A stretch of 64,000 nucleotides of DNA from Octopus vulgaris (Eukaryota). The translations under genes and the position numbers were made by a program. The notes beneath the pieces were generated by a model. The model ran no database searches and had not been told where the DNA came from. It was given only the letters and a program-made list of their open reading frames with translations. Positions 28,883-44,595 of the stretch are shown piece by piece (within the stretch, counting starts at the first letter, position 1; every line of letters starts with the position of its first letter). Location: NCBI GenBank assembly GCA_951406725.2, contig OX597821.1, positions 20,646,001 through 20,710,000 on the forward strand, given 5' to 3'.

Positions 28883-29066
28883 TGTATGTATGTATGTATG
28901 TATGTATGTATGTATGTATGTATGTATGTATGTATGTATGTATGTATGTATGTGTGTATGTGTATGTATACGTATATATGTGTATGTATATATAAATCTT
29001 TCACCGACTTGGATTTTAAATTTCTTTCTGTTAATTTATATATATATATGTATGTATATATGTATG

Positions 29067-29126
<60 letters not shown>

Positions 29127-31505
29127 CATATATGTATATATCTATGTATATATATATGTAGATAGATAGATAGGAAGATATATATGTGTATATATGCATA
29201 TATATATTCATCTATACACACATGCTCGTGTGTGTATGTATATATACAAACTCAAGATGTGAAAGAGAGGGGGTGATACATACATACTTGAATAGATACA
29301 TAAATAAACAAATTGAGTGAGATGGGTATACGTATATATCTGTGTATCTTTATGTATGTATATATATATATACATCTATGTATGCATATATATATACATA
29401 CACATATATATATACGTATATATGTGTACATATATATAATAATAATAATTTGGGGTTGTATATATGTATATATGGAAACACACAACCATACACATATACA
29501 CGCGTATATACCTACACGGTTGCATATAGCTACACACGCACATTATGAGCAGATATACAAATTCCGTTAGCTGATTTGACCGGATTTGTATTAAAGGTCT
29601 GTGCTTTCGCGTTCTTAGGTGACAAGTGATTACATTTGCATGGTTTAGATATAACGCGATTATTTATAGTAGAAAAATGTAAAACAAAGACAGAAAGTAA
29701 GAGACTGTCACGCGAGATATATATCCATTAAGCAACTGTTCTGATATGGAATTAAAATGTGCATAACTATAAGGTCAAATTATAATAAAATGGCTAAATA
29801 TAAAGTAATCAGAAAAAATACTTTAAACATTGCAGAAAAGTAATAAGAGATATCAAATATAATGTAATCATAAATTAAACTTTGATAATGCAATAAGATT
29901 ACAGTCAAGATTGTGGCGACTCCGGCACTCAGACTCTTCAGGCTTAGCCCCAGTATAAGTTTAGTAAAGCGAACGTGTATTTGTAAACCGATTTAATTTC
30001 TGACAACACGGGCTTCAATTATGTAACTTCAGCCGATCACTAGGCCTCCTTTTGTTGAGCCTGGTCGCAGTTCATTTATTTACTTTCAGCGTCTGTCGAT
30101 CGTCTTAGTGTCACGCTGTATCAAAAAATGTAATTCGTAGCAGATGTGGTTTCGACATCGTTCACAAGCGCCTCAGTCAGGCTCAGAAATTACAGCACGA
30201 GTTGTTTTCTATAATCGTCAAAAATAAAAGTAATTCAAATTCAATATTTTCTTGATATAATAAATTTCTATAGAGATTAAGATTTAAATTCTAATCTATG
30301 AAAAGTTTCCTTTCTACAATATTCTTAAACGAACGAAAATTTATCCAGTAACGCGGGCTAATACGAACGAGCTAGGTAGGATGAAAAGGTCTGACATCTC
30401 TTGTGAAGTGTACAGGCGACAGTCAGATCGGTTTTGCTTGTTGTGCACTCTACTTTCATTATTTCATAGCTGTTCTTGTGTGTGTGTAAAGATCAGTTGT
30501 ATTTTGCATCGTTGCCTTATTTTAATCGTTAGAAGCAGCAAACCTGTTTACTGTTAAATTATCTGTGCATATGTAAGTTTGCGGTGTACATTGAGTCTCT
30601 TACCTTCTTTTATACATGTGTCCTATGCAAAATCTGTTATGAGCCAGAGTGGCGTTAATGCCCTAGAGTTGCCTCTGATATACATATACACATATAATAT
30701 ATGGTATAATTATATACGGGACAATTTTAGCCATTTCTCTGCAGACTGAAAAAAAATTGAACAACTTTAAATCTAATTTTGAGCCTTATTGGGGTCTCAT
30801 CAAATGCGCCCACATTATACCGACAGTCTCCAGATAAAGAAGCAGCCAAACTGATTATATACTCGACAAATGCAGCAGTTACTCTATGAAGGAGTTCCCA
30901 ATTTGCATATCGAAAATGTATAACACTCTATAAATAACAACGGCCTGTTGACGGGGATTTTAATCCACATAGTCATTTCAAGGATGACGTGTCCTCACTA
31001 GGGATTAATAAATCCAAAATTTCACTGGTTTAATTTCCACAATGTGTTAGAGTTTATTATAATTAATAATATGAGTAATGAGGTAAGAAAATACAGAGTT
31101 GAATATGTAAAGTTAATTTATTTGCTTTATAGTTTGAAGTTAAAATTTAAATACAAATAAATCTTTAAGCAATTCGAAAGGAACTCCAAAAACCTACATA
31201 TGTTTCGATTCTGAAAGAGCTGTAGTGAACCACAATACATATGTTGTTATTGTTTATTCTACAGCTAACTTGGAATCTGTAATTCGTTTGCATTTGCAGT
31301 CTATACACGGAGGCGTTGCAATATGTTCATTGAGTGTACCCATCTGTGACTTTCATTTCGTTGTGTATTCAGCCAGGATAACTAGAGAACAAATCTGTGT
31401 CTGCTTTGTGAGTTCGTATTCATCGTTTTACAGTGTTTATACACAATAGTGCTGTCACTGACCTGACCTTGCCGCTTTCACTATTTAAGTACCTCATTCT
31501 CTCTA

Positions 31506-31567
<62 letters not shown>

Positions 31568-31980
31568 TTGTAATTGAAACATGTAGGTTTTTGAAGATAT
31601 CTTTTATTTCTTTAAAATATATTTGTGTTTAAATTTTAACTTCAAGCTATGATTCAAATAGTTTAAATATACATCCCTAACTCTCCACTTTCTTATCTTA
31701 TTTTATATACTACTTGGAATATACTTTTCATGAATTTAAATCTAAGAGTAACATAAACATAAATGTATTTATTAAATTACAACAGGTAAAACATGGGCAT
31801 TTCCACAGAATAAGACTCAAGGCGATACAATTTGCATTTGAAACATTACGGTATATATATAGATTTTGTTGTTTAAGCGAAGATAAGCTATGCATGTTCT
31901 TATGTAGATGTATAAAGAGAGTGCAAGGGAAAGTAGTACTAAGGTTTTGTAAAGCACGCGCAAACTCATGAACTGAGAAT

Positions 31981-32157
<177 letters not shown>

Positions 32158-33559
32158 TGCTTCTGGAATCTCAATGGCAGGATATACATAAACTCCTCCA
32201 GTTGTGAAACATGATGGGCATTTGTGCCTGAAATATTAGAAGGTTTCTCCGCTTTCTTTTCACAGTTTTAGAAGCTCTTCTTGTTTTTAATTTTACTTCT
32301 GAACTATGTCGCTTTTCATGTATCCATACACATATGTATACATATATACATACATATACATATGCATATACATGTATATATATTACATATACATACGTAT
32401 ATACATACATACATATACGCATGTGCATTCGTAAGAATACCAGCACACGAAAACAAGAAAATCAAAACGGACTTCACAAAGCGTGGATACACTTACATGA
32501 ATATAACCACAGAGCATAGATTGTTTGGTGTTATGTCACAGAATTAATTGTGCAGTGCCACTTATATATTACTTTGAACATGAAGCTATGTGTGAACCCA
32601 CACCATAAACACATGCCAACATAAGCCCAAGAATATTTTTTGCGAGCAACATTATTCTCCGGTAAATCTCCCTGGTGAAATGGCCTCCAGAAATGCAAGT
32701 AGTTTAGTTAATTGCCTTTGTTTGTTTTTCTTTGCACGTACGCAGGAATTTTTATCTGTTTGGTTTAATGCATTCAATAGATTTACAGATGTATTCCCAC
32801 AATCGATTAAGTCTTATGTTGTGGTCTTGATTTTGAAGAATATAACCATTATCTCTACACTGCAAGTTTGCAATCATCTCTGTGAACACCATGGTGCGAT
32901 CTATGATTTTTTTTGCTTAATCTCAAAATTTGTGTGCAGTCAAAGTTTCCTGATCATTAGAATTTAGGCAAGCTAATATCAATACATCTATCATTATCTC
33001 AAAAATATTAGTATGCTTATAAGGTTTAGATTCAAATGTGTTCTCTGTTAATGAAATACAAGTCTTGGGTGTAGTAGTTTTGGCATAGCAACATTAGTGT
33101 TATAAGATATGAGTGAAAGATATGAAAAACCTTATATTGAAATACGAAAAAGAAGTTAAGTAAAGAACGGGAAAAGGGCGGAAAAAGAATTGGGCAATCG
33201 TGAAATGAATAAATCAACAGGGAACGCAACGAAACACGAGAGGAACAGCGAATGAAAAGACAGCAGAAAGAATTGGCGCACAAAATGAAAAGAAATTTCG
33301 TAAGAAAGAGAATTAATTTACGAAAGAAATAGGATTATATAAAATGTAGGAGTGAAATGATAGTGGAAGGAGAGGGAGAGCGGAAGTGGCATTGAGTTAA
33401 AAAATGAATAGCGTCTAAGTTGAATTACATATTAATATATTTGAAATTTCTGAAAACGAAATTCTGCAAAAATATTGTTTAGAAAATTTCTATAAAATAC
33501 GGATGAATACAATACAGAGATTTGCATAATAAAACTAGTAAATTTTAGATGATATATAA

Positions 33560-34305
33560 TAATTCTTACCTTTAAAGGCATAAGGCCTGAAATTTTGGTG
33601 GAAGGGTTCAATTACGTCGACCCCAGTATTTCACTGGCACTTAATTTATCGACACCGAAAGGATGAAAGCTAAAGTCAACCTCAGTGGAATTTGAACTCA
33701 GCAAACAAAACCGAATGCCACTAAGAATTTTGCCTGCGTGCAAACGATTCTGCCGGTTCACTACCTTTAAATATGAAATAATACCAAGTATGTAAGTTAA
33801 GATACACGGGTACGGTGTGCAGCATCTGATATATTACCACCGATGCAATAAAAAATCTATTTGGTATCGAACATTTTGGCGCTGAGATGTTTACCAAGCA
33901 GAGAAAATTTATTTGGTGATATTTGTGATTTCTTTGCCTTCCTTTATTGAATAACAAAGTAATCCTTACTGCTAAAGGCACAATGTTTGAAATTGTTGGG
34001 GAGGGGTCTAGTCGATTACGTCGATCCCAGTGTTTCACTAGTACTTGAACTCGGAATTTGAACTTAGAACTCAAAGACGTACGAAATTTGATCTCAGATC
34101 TTAAAGTCGGACGAAAAGCTGCTAAGCATTTTAGCTGGCATGATAACGATTCTGGCAGGTCACCGCCTTTACGTAATACAAAAATAATCCTTTCTACTAT
34201 AGTCACAAGGTCTTAAACTTGGAGGAGGAATCTTGTCCATTAAGTCGACACCAGTGTTTCACTGGTACTTAATTTATCCACCTCGAAATTATGAAAGGCA
34301 AGGTA
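33560..34305 (-). mobile_element. Cluster of three SINE family 2 copies (about 33560-33765, 33960-34167, 34183-34305)
   Basis: Repeated GTCGA(C/T)CCCAGT..ACTGG/ACTAG..GAAAGGATGAAAG..GAATTTGAACT..GATTCTG blocks. Confidence 0.8.
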
Positions 34306-35348
34306 TGTCATGGTGTTGGATGTGATTGTAGAGAATATGCGTTTTCTTGGTTTTATTATAAAGGTAATTACGTAGAATGTTTATGTTGTGAATTTTTATT
34401 GTTCTGTAGCTAGATAATTTATAACGTATGTGCTGCGTTCAGCTTGCGTTTATTTTATTTGAACTATAGAAATAAATCAGCTTATACCTATTGACGTGTA
34501 CTGTATCAGTGAAGAATATCCTTTTAATGTTTTCAATTTATATTTTTATCAAATCTAGTGCGTCAGGTATTACGCGTAATATTTCCAAATTCCCGCTTCA
34601 CAACCTGCTTGTTACAATTTCAAGATTTTTATAATATGTACTGTTTCTCAACTACCCTTCTGCCAAAGATTTTTTTAGAACGAATCGAAATGCTTTTCAG
34701 AGAACAACTTTTCTTTCAGGTTCTTGGTACGTAAACGGTTTTCCGATCAACTTTTCAGTGAGAACTTGCATATCACAGCTGTTTCTGGCTAAAGTATCTT
34801 GCTCTCGTGTGGTGGTATATTTCTATACAACTCATCCGATTTTCCATTGAAATACCATCATATTCCCCAGCAGACATAACAGCAGGCATGAGATCTTGAA
34901 TACATTATAACTTGACAAAAAATAGTCAACCGAAAATGATGTGCCAAGCCGCTTCCTTGAACAGGTGGTATAGACTCTCACGTAGCCTGAGTTTCAATAT
35001 CTTATTTTGTAGATCTTTAGGTCTAGTTGTTGCTCATGTATAGCTGAATTCAAAACATTTGTTTCTGAAGTAAAACAAAGCATTTTGAATCATTTTCAAT
35101 TTTAACAATAGCTCACTCATCCTCGAATCTTGGGCCATATAGTTCATAATGTAGTTTTCTCTCCAATTTTTCTTATACTTTGGAAATCCAATTTATATTT
35201 TATCTTTTGTTTCTTATTTGTTTCATCTTCATCATGGTTTTTATATTTCTAATTATTTTCTAGTTTAAATATACAGAGAATTTTTTTTCTTTATGTTTCC
35301 TTATGGCAAATGCGAATTTTAAAATATTTTGAATTAAGTATTATTTTG

Positions 35349-35756
35349 TCGTAGGAGTGGCTATGCGGTAAGTAGCTTGCTAACCAACCACATGGTTCCG
35401 GGTTCAGTCCCACTGCGTGGCATCTTGGGCAAGTGTTTTCTGCTATAGCCCCGGGCCGACCAATGCCTTGTGAGTGGATTTGGTAGACAGAAACTGAGAG
35501 AAGCCTGTCGTATATATATATATGTATGCATGTGTGTGTTTGTGTGTCTGTGTTTGTTCCCCTAGCATTGCTTGACAACCGATGCTGGTGTGTTTACGTC
35601 CCCGTCACTTAGTGGTTCGGCAAAAGAGACCGATACAATAAGTACTGGGCTTACAAAGAATAAGTCCCGGGGTCGATTTGTTCGACTAAAGGCGGTGCTC
35701 CAGCATGGCCGCAGTCAAATGACTGAAACAAGTAAAAGAGTAAAGAGTAAAGAGTA
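35349..35756 (+). mobile_element. SINE family 1, full length
   Basis: High similarity to the 7808-8216 copy. Confidence 0.9.
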
Positions 35757-35796
35757 TACCTTCTTGTCCCATTTTGTATTTCATATATGCATACAT

Positions 35797-36055
<259 letters not shown>

Positions 36056-36079
36056 TATACCTATATACATTATATACAT

Positions 36080-38330
36080 ACTTTGATAGGTTTCGGCCAG
36101 TATTGGCCCAGGCATGTAGGAAGTTGGTCTGGGACTTTTTGAAGAAATTTCTCCAGTGAACTTCTGAATTATATAGGATCCGTTTCCGCTTTGACGTGTT
36201 TTAGTGCGGTATCAAAGAGAGCTGTTGAGGTAAAATAATTGTGACGGAATGTTGCTATGTGTTCAGAGTTCAATTTTTGTAGTTGGCGCATAGCAGTGGG
36301 GCAAAGTCGTGGATGAATTTTAAAATTGATGCCAACATCCTTTCTGCAATATTGATGGATTAGTTTCCTCATCACATAAATGATGTAGCGCTCCAGGTGG
36401 TGTTGGAGAGAGTAGAGATGGAATATTTTTAGTCGGCCCCAATAGTCAATGCCTCTCATGCCTTCTATCTTTCTCTGGAGTGCTTCCAATTTTATAATGA
36501 GTTCCTTCCAATTTCATAATGAGTTGTTTCGTATGGACAACATTATTCAAGGTGGGTTCGGGCAAAAGTAGAGTAGAGAAAGATGATGATGTAGGCATTT
36601 CTAGACCGGAATTTTCTCAGAAACCAGGAGCATATCTTGCGGGCCAAGTCAACCTTACTGTTTACGTGGGATCTCCAGCTTAGATGGTTATCAACAATTA
36701 CTCCAAGGTCTCTGATGTTGCTAGACGACACTAAGGAGTTGCCCGAGGGAAGAGCATATGGTAATTTCAGAGTATCCTCTTTTCCGAAGTGGATCAAATC
36801 AAACATATTTTCATTTAGAAGCATATTTTTTTCCGCCCATTGGACAACAGCAAACAGATCTGACTGATGGCATGTTCGATCTTCCATACCGTTTACGTCT
36901 TTCTGGAATTTGGAATCATCTGCAAAGATTTTCAATGTAGAATGTTTATGACGTCTACCATGGAGTGGGCCCAACACAGTACCTTGTGGGACACCACTAA
37001 TGACTTTGGCTGAGCTGGATCGTATAACCTGAACCACAACATGTTGGATTATTGTCGTCAGGAAACACTTTATCCACTGCAGCAGCTTTCCACTGACACC
37101 AAATTTGGACAGTTTCTTCAGCAGGATTTTGTAGTCCACTCTGTTAAATGCCTTGCTGAAATCAAGGTATATGACGTCAGTGTTGGAGCCTCTCCCAACG
37201 CTTTTAAGATGTCATCAAAATGGTGCAGAAACTGCGGCAGGCTGGTTGGGGTTCAGCAGATTGTTGTCTTCGAGGAAGTGAGTTACTCATTATCTCACCA
37301 TCCTCCGAAATACTTTAATGATATGAGAGGTGAGTAAAGTCGGACGGTTGTTCACTGCAAGAGATCTGCTTCCCTTTTTGAAGACTGGAACGACAGACTG
37401 GGAAAGAAAATAATCAGGAATGGAGCCTGCATCAAGTGAGTTTCTCCAGAGCTTAGCTAGAGGGATTGCAATTTGATGTCGACACATCTTCAGGATAGTG
37501 ACCGGGATCACCTCGAGACTTAATGACGAGTTGTGGTTGATATTATTTATTTCTGTTAGGATATCAAGAGCCATAAAATTTATGTCAGATATGGTTAGTT
37601 GAAGATTTACATTAGCCAGATCAATCGCATTAGCGGTACTAAAAACAGAAGAGTATTGTCTCTGCAGTATCTCACACATGGATTTTGCATCATCATGTAG
37701 GACCAACATATGAAAAGAACACTTTTTGCAGATGAAATGAATACTTTGAGATTCAGTTTTATTTTCTCAATGGCCGGACTCCCCTCAGTTACTCTTTGTT
37801 AATGATGGTCATCATACTGTCTTGGAGGTTGTGTTTTTGGAGTGATACAATGACAGTCGAATGGGTGCGTTGCTGCTGGCAGTATTTAACCTGGTTGATT
37901 TTCTTCTCTTTATTTTTTTATTAATTGCTTCTCTATTTCTAGGGACTCTGCACTTAGATTTGTATACTGATCTTAATGGAGAATGTTTTGAGGATATATT
38001 TTTATAGTATCTACAAATGTCTGCACTGGTGTGTTTATGTTGTTGGGAGGGTGCGTGAAAGCCAAATCAACTTGTGAAAGATCATGATTGATCGCATCCC
38101 AGTCTTTGTTATGAAGATCCTTTGTGTCAAATGGATGGGCTGGAGAGATGTCACTGGATTTGATCTTTGTGTGGTAGAATCTCAGATCGCAGAGAACCAT
38201 GTCATGGTCTAAGAGTAGTGGTATCTTTTCCATTGAAATATTGAGGATAGTGTCAGTGTGTTTACTGAACACTAGGTCAAAGGTGTATTTGTGACACTTT
38301 GTTGGCTCGAGAAGAAGTTGGGTCAGGAAT
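36080..38330 (-). pseudogene. Decayed APE-RT LINE ORF2 (CR1/L2-group or Proto2-like), 5' truncated
   Basis: RT motifs PVFKKGSRSLAVNNRP, YLDFSKAF, SGVPQGTVLGPL, IFADDSK, IRDLGV, RTHLE and ERYIIY. APE tail DLVFS..DHDMV. Many frameshifts and deletions. Confidence 0.9.
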
Positions 38331-38423
38331 ATATAATATATATATATATGTGTGTGTAGAGAGAGTGAGAGAGAGATACATAGATAGACAGATTCCTGAC
38401 ATATATGCATATATATAATATAT

Positions 38424-38458
<35 letters not shown>

Positions 38459-38536
38459 GTTAGTAGTGGTAGTGGTGATGGTTATGGTGGTGGTAGTGGA
38501 GGTGGAGTAGTGATGGTAGTAGTAGTAGTAGTAGTT

Positions 38537-38583
<47 letters not shown>

Positions 38584-39080
38584 TGTAGTAGTTCCTGTTT
38601 CCTTAATGTGGAGGGAGCGGTAAACGCTGCAGAGGATGAATGGGCGATTGATAGAGGCAGTAGAGGTAGTAGAGGTAGTGGTGGTAGTGGTGACTAATAC
38701 GATGATGATGACGACGACATCGATAACAAGGCCGACCACGACCACGACCACGACCACGACGATGATGATGATGACGTTGGTGGTGGTGGTGGTGGCTGTG
38801 ACAATGTGTTTATAGCTGAATGTAATCACTGCTTGTGGTGGTGGTGGCGGTGGTGGTGGTGGTTGTACATGTACAGTGCAGTTGAGTTAGTACTCATGGT
38901 GATACTAGTGGTAACGAAGACTGAAGAAGTGACGTAGGTTGGTTTTTGGTACTGGTTGTATACGGGTAATGGAGTTATTGATTTAGAACCTATTATACGA
39001 ACATAATTTGAGAAAGATCAATAGATGTCATGCCTCTACATAATAAACATACACAAATGAATATATATATATATATGTAT

Positions 39081-39117
<37 letters not shown>

Positions 39118-39229
39118 CATGTACATACATATACATACATGCATATGTATGTGCGTATATATATATAACTATATTTATATCTGCCTACCTATCAATTTGT
39201 CTGTCTATCTATCTATCTATCTATCTCTG

Positions 39230-39319
<90 letters not shown>

Positions 39320-39327
39320 TACATATA

Positions 39328-40419
39328 TTAGGTTGTCTGGAAAGGTCTGACCGTTTTTTAATATACAATATAAATAATTGACCTTTCTATACATTTCATT
39401 CATTGAAATAATTTCTATCATTACTACTGACCTTTGCCCATCTATCAGACAATTTAAATATTCCGTCAGCATAAAATGTAACTGGTTTTGAAGAAAAAAA
39501 AAGCTATCTAGATGCATTTTGACTTCATCTAAGTCATGGAATGTTTTTTCTTGCAATGAGTTCTGTCGAAACATCAGGAGAATATGGTGGTTGGGGTAAG
39601 AATCCCCAGCCAAGTTCATGTCACTTTATTCGAGTAGCCAAAGAAACGTGGTCAGAAATTGTCTTGTTAGCACAACACCCCTTTCTTGTTGGCAATCTCC
39701 GGCCTCAAGTCTTTCAAATTAGTCAGCTGACGACATTACACATCAGAATCAATGATCTGGTTTTGTGGGAGAAGTTCATAATAATTAATGCCTTTATGAT
39801 CCCACTAAACGCATAGCAAATCTTTTTTGGCATGGATATTCGACTTTGGTTGCTCTTTTGGGGGATCTTTACGCAGACTCCAGGATCATTTTCGTACTGC
39901 ATACACAACCCATATTTCATCTCCTGCCACAAGTTGTTTAAAAAAAGATATGCTTTCATTCCGTTTCAACAGTATGTGACAAACGGAATATAGACCGAAG
40001 CAATCCTTTTCTGAGAATTTCTGAGGTATGCATACATTATAGTGAGAAATGTATCCTAGCTTCAGCAGCCCCTCGTGATCCATAATTTTAGATATTTCCA
40101 CCTCTTCTGCAAGTTGATTCACGTTCAGTATCATCACCATAAACTTTACAAATGTTTTTGCGAGTCTTTGCAGCATTTTCTCCTTTCATTTATAAAAGAA
40201 AAGCATTTCAACGCTAATATGAAATTTTGGGTTATACATTTCATATGTCAATAAATGGTAACCGGAAAGAATCATAAATCTATTTTTTAGTAAGGAATAA
40301 AGAGATGCATTACCGCTTAAAGCAACGCCAACATTTGAACTGTGTTGCATTTCAGGTGTGTCCAATGAAGTGTTAAACGATTGAGCTTATAAACGCTCAG
40401 AACGTTCCGGACAACTTAA
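39328..40419 (-). mobile_element. Decayed mariner-family DNA transposon
   Basis: TIRs TTAGGTTGTCTGGAAAGGTCTGA / TCAGAACGTTCCGGACAACTTAA. Transposase remnants AGDEIWVVY, PPYSPD and LIDGQR-frame C-terminus. Confidence 0.85.
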
Positions 40420-40491
40420 TTGTGACTGCGTGTGTATCGTTGGCGATTTTCTTTCTCCGTCTTTCCTTCCTTGGACCTTTCTTTTTTCCAT

Positions 40492-40526
40492 GTTTCTGAC
40501 GAGCAGCACCGCCTGAGACGTTAAAC
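40492..40526 (+). ncRNA. Degenerate minimal hammerhead motif
   Basis: gttt-CTGACGA-gcagcaccgcct-GAGA-cg-TT-aaac. Stem I gttt/aaac; GAAA mutated to GAGA. Lies in a ~200-bp insert ending at (TA)n. Confidence 0.4.
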
Positions 40527-40620
40527 CCTCCTTCTTTCCTTCTTTCCCGAGCGTCCAATAATACTATACTAGTTCCACATCCTCACGTTGTTGTGTTTTC
40601 TCTTTGTTCATGTTTGGAGC

Positions 40621-40725
<105 letters not shown>

Positions 40726-41276
40726 CATATGTTTGAATATATATATGTATGTATATGTATGTATGCATTTATGTATGTATTGTGTGTGTGTGTGTGTGTG
40801 TGTAGGTCTCAATGTTTCCTGCTTTGGCGCTTATAAAAGGCTGATAAGTGCCAACGCACGAAACTCATATGCCTTCCGACATTCTGTTACTTCTGCCAAT
40901 ATCGAAAACACATACACAAAATATGATTTGCCAGGTCTTGGGTAAGCTGCGATAGTTAGGCGTGGAAGAAAATTTTCTCGACAATACGTCTGGTGTAAAA
41001 ACACCTAGAAGTAAGAGAAAAGTGGCATAACTCACACAAGGTCCCGTTGCCGGACTAGGGGACATTAGTGCTTCGTCATCCATCTCTGTGACTTATCAAT
41101 ACCACGTACGCAAAATCTCTTGAGGTAAATCGTGCGCGGTGACTATGCAAAACGGTGTGAGAACTATGTAGTGGTATGACCCGACGTTTCATACCACGGA
41201 GAAATTTAAATGTGAATGAGAAGCAGCCTGGTGATCATACATACATACATACATACATAAATACATAAATACATAA

Positions 41277-41321
<45 letters not shown>

Positions 41322-41347
41322 CATTCATACATATACTGTATATATAG

Positions 41348-41413
<66 letters not shown>

Positions 41414-41476
41414 GTAGATATGCATATAAACATATATAGTTATAGATATATGTAAGTAATACATATATATATATAC

Positions 41477-41508
<32 letters not shown>

Positions 41509-43469
41509 ATGTGTGTGTGAGTGTGTGTGTGTGTATGAGTATATAGGGCAATTTTTGCGATTTGAATAATTACTATGCATTGAGCTCTTTGATCAACATG
41601 GAGGAACTTTTCTGTTTCATATAGATGTGAATTATTTGCAAACAGGCAATGAGTTTAATTTTATTTCCTTGATGTTCGAAAGACGGATTTTTGCGAGATG
41701 TTCTTTGTCATATTCCATCTACACGTCCGTGTATGTACGTGTGTGTAAAAAAGCTATATATGTATATATACATATTTATATATACAGGCATCTTAAAAGT
41801 ACGTAGAAACGAGCATACTTTAAAAGATGTATTTCTGTAGATATAGGTCTTTGATTTATTCAAATACATTTTTTTTTTTACAAAATTTTGTAACAATTTA
41901 AAAATTTGTCTCTACTTTAAGTAATTGTTGGACGTCGAATATTTTGTGGCATTTTATCGCATTGTAAATACAAAACCAGAAGGTATTAAACATTCTAAAG
42001 CCTAATTTTAAAGAGTTTGATTTACAAACTACATCTGAAATAAGCTATTAAAATGAGATTTCAGGAAATCATATTCCTGCTACGTGTATATCATGATTTC
42101 CTCACTTCATTATAAAGTTGCATTATTTAGAAGTGGTTTCAAATAAAAATATTTATATATGTGAACCCCAGTATGTGTGTGTATAATGTCTGACGTATAC
42201 ATTTCCACAGTTCTCAACCGATTTTCATATAACTATACACACATATTACTTATATCCCTTTGCTCGGAACTCAGGCGTAAATGGACGTAAGTGGACATAG
42301 TCTTTTTGTATGTATGATCTTCCATAGGTTTTTAATCTTTTAATAATAGAGAAAGAATTCTGTCTATCTTTTTCTTTTGACTGTCCACCTGCAATGGTTA
42401 TTAAATTGACAAGGAACAGTGTACGCGATGCATATTTAAACTGCATTAGACTTTGGCAAGCTTAAAATACGAATTTTCATTCCATTAGCGAAAGCTATAC
42501 GTATCTTTCAGAAAGCCCCATACCAATTTAACTGTATGTGTCATTCGCTGTTAGTTTATGCGCAGAATAAAAGTGGGAAGGCAGAATAAAGGGGCTATTG
42601 TTATCTCACCCCCCCCCCCCCCCCCAAAAAAAAAAGCTTCCTTTGCTGTTGAATAAAATAAACTCGCAGAGGGGAAGCTTCAATGCCTTCCTTTAATTTC
42701 CTTACGCTATTTATGTGGCTGTTTCTGACAAGAAATTTCGCTTCCTTATAAAAAAAAGTATATTTTGTAGTCATTATCCGTAATCTACTCCCAAACACTT
42801 CAGCTCTGCTTTGCATCGCTTGAAAACTTAATATGTTCTATGACCATTAAAGTACGACGACATCCACAAGAACCAGCCTTCAATTTGATTTTCCGTTCCT
42901 AGGTTAAACGGATACACAGATTCCCGGGCTACTCATAAACCTTCTCCGTAGTTCAATTATTTGGTGACACAATAACCACCAAAGCAACTTAAACAGTCCA
43001 ACAGACGGATGCATTTGCTACTTAAATATAAATTTATATCAAAGAAATAGTTTCAACAATTGTTTTACATTCGCTTTCAATCACACTGCTGTAAAACCTA
43101 CGGAATTTGTGGAACTCACTTAAAATTACCACTCCCTTCTCAAATTATTGTTATATTTTTAACAAAGTACAATTAAGATATCTTATTCCACATTTTGCAA
43201 CTGACTGACCAGAATTTATTTATCGACACATGTGAGCAAGCACAACTGTATTGATAGTCTAATAAAGGTTTATGTACACCAATATATTTCTCCACAGGCA
43301 ATAACTACCGAAATAAAGATATCATTGTTTTGCATCCTCACGATAATTTAACATTAAAAACAAGTGTTTGAGAATCCCTACGTACAGTCAACACATATTG
43401 TCTACCGATTCCCGAAGGCGAAACACAACATGAAATACAACTTGAAATCTGTCAGAATGAGTTAAGAAA

Positions 43470-43683
<214 letters not shown>

Positions 43684-44439
43684 ATATATATATATATATA
43701 TCGTTATGTATAATTGTTCGTGTAACCGTCGTGTGTTATGTTTGCTACTTGATTAGTGATAAAATCGATATATCTCCATAAATATCATTTCAGTAAATCG
43801 ACACCAAATTTACATATATATCTACATCCCTTTATGATTGCTGACACACAGTGTAGCAGAATTTGCTTTTGCTTGCGTAATATAATTCAGTGTCAAGTAC
43901 AATGATGCATGTATGCATTCGCGGTACCTAATAAAAAGAAAAGGCAAAAGAACAAGCTATCATGCTTATGTATGTAAATCACTAAATATAAGAAAGAATC
44001 TTCCTCGATGAATTAGTTTTCATCCCACTTCTCATTCATGAAGTGGGATCTAGAGTGGTAGAGCAACAATATTATAATATTACTTACTGAAAAAAAGTTT
44101 CAGTGCTGTACATTATTATTGACGGCCGCATCTTAGGTGATCCTTTCGAACATTACTTTCATAGTTTCTTATTTTACTGTTTTGTCTCTTCCTTCACGAT
44201 ACGAACAATCTTTTGGGGTAGTCTCCGCCCAGTATTAGATTGTATTAATTTCTAAAGTATATCATCTAACATGACCTATTGATGTAGTATTTCTTTATTG
44301 TGTGAGAGGTCTAGGGCAATTGTATTGATATGTGAAGCAACGTCGATATATTGAAATGTATCGTATCTTTTTTAACTGCTATCTATCTTGAATATACGTA
44401 TATCATTATGGAGAAGCTTAAAGCCACAATAAGTATTAG

Positions 44440-44595
44440 TTTCAAATTTTAAATTTTAACACAAGACTAGAAATTTCGTGGAAGGGGATTAGTCGGTTGG
44501 TTCGAGCCCAGTGCTCAGCTGGTACTTATTTTTCTACCCCGAAACGATGAAAAGTAAAGATGATCTCGATGGAATTTGCACTCAGAACGTAGAAA
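44440..44595 (-). mobile_element. SINE family 2 fragment
   Basis: CCCCAGTGCTCAGCTGGTACTTATTT..CCCGAAACGATGAAAAG..GGAATTTGCACTCAGAACG on the plus strand. Confidence 0.7.

Noticed and set aside
30139-30185. Minus-strand CTGACTGA..GAAA hammerhead-like pattern
   Set aside because: Needs a core insertion, a wobble-rich stem II and mismatched stems I and III; could be chance.
34598-34611. TCACAACCTGCTTG resembling the 5' part of miR-67/miR-307
   Set aside because: The match stops at 14 nt and there is no complementary precursor arm.
42150-42300. Possible Helitron 5' remnant
   Set aside because: No identifiable 3' hairpin or CTRR end.
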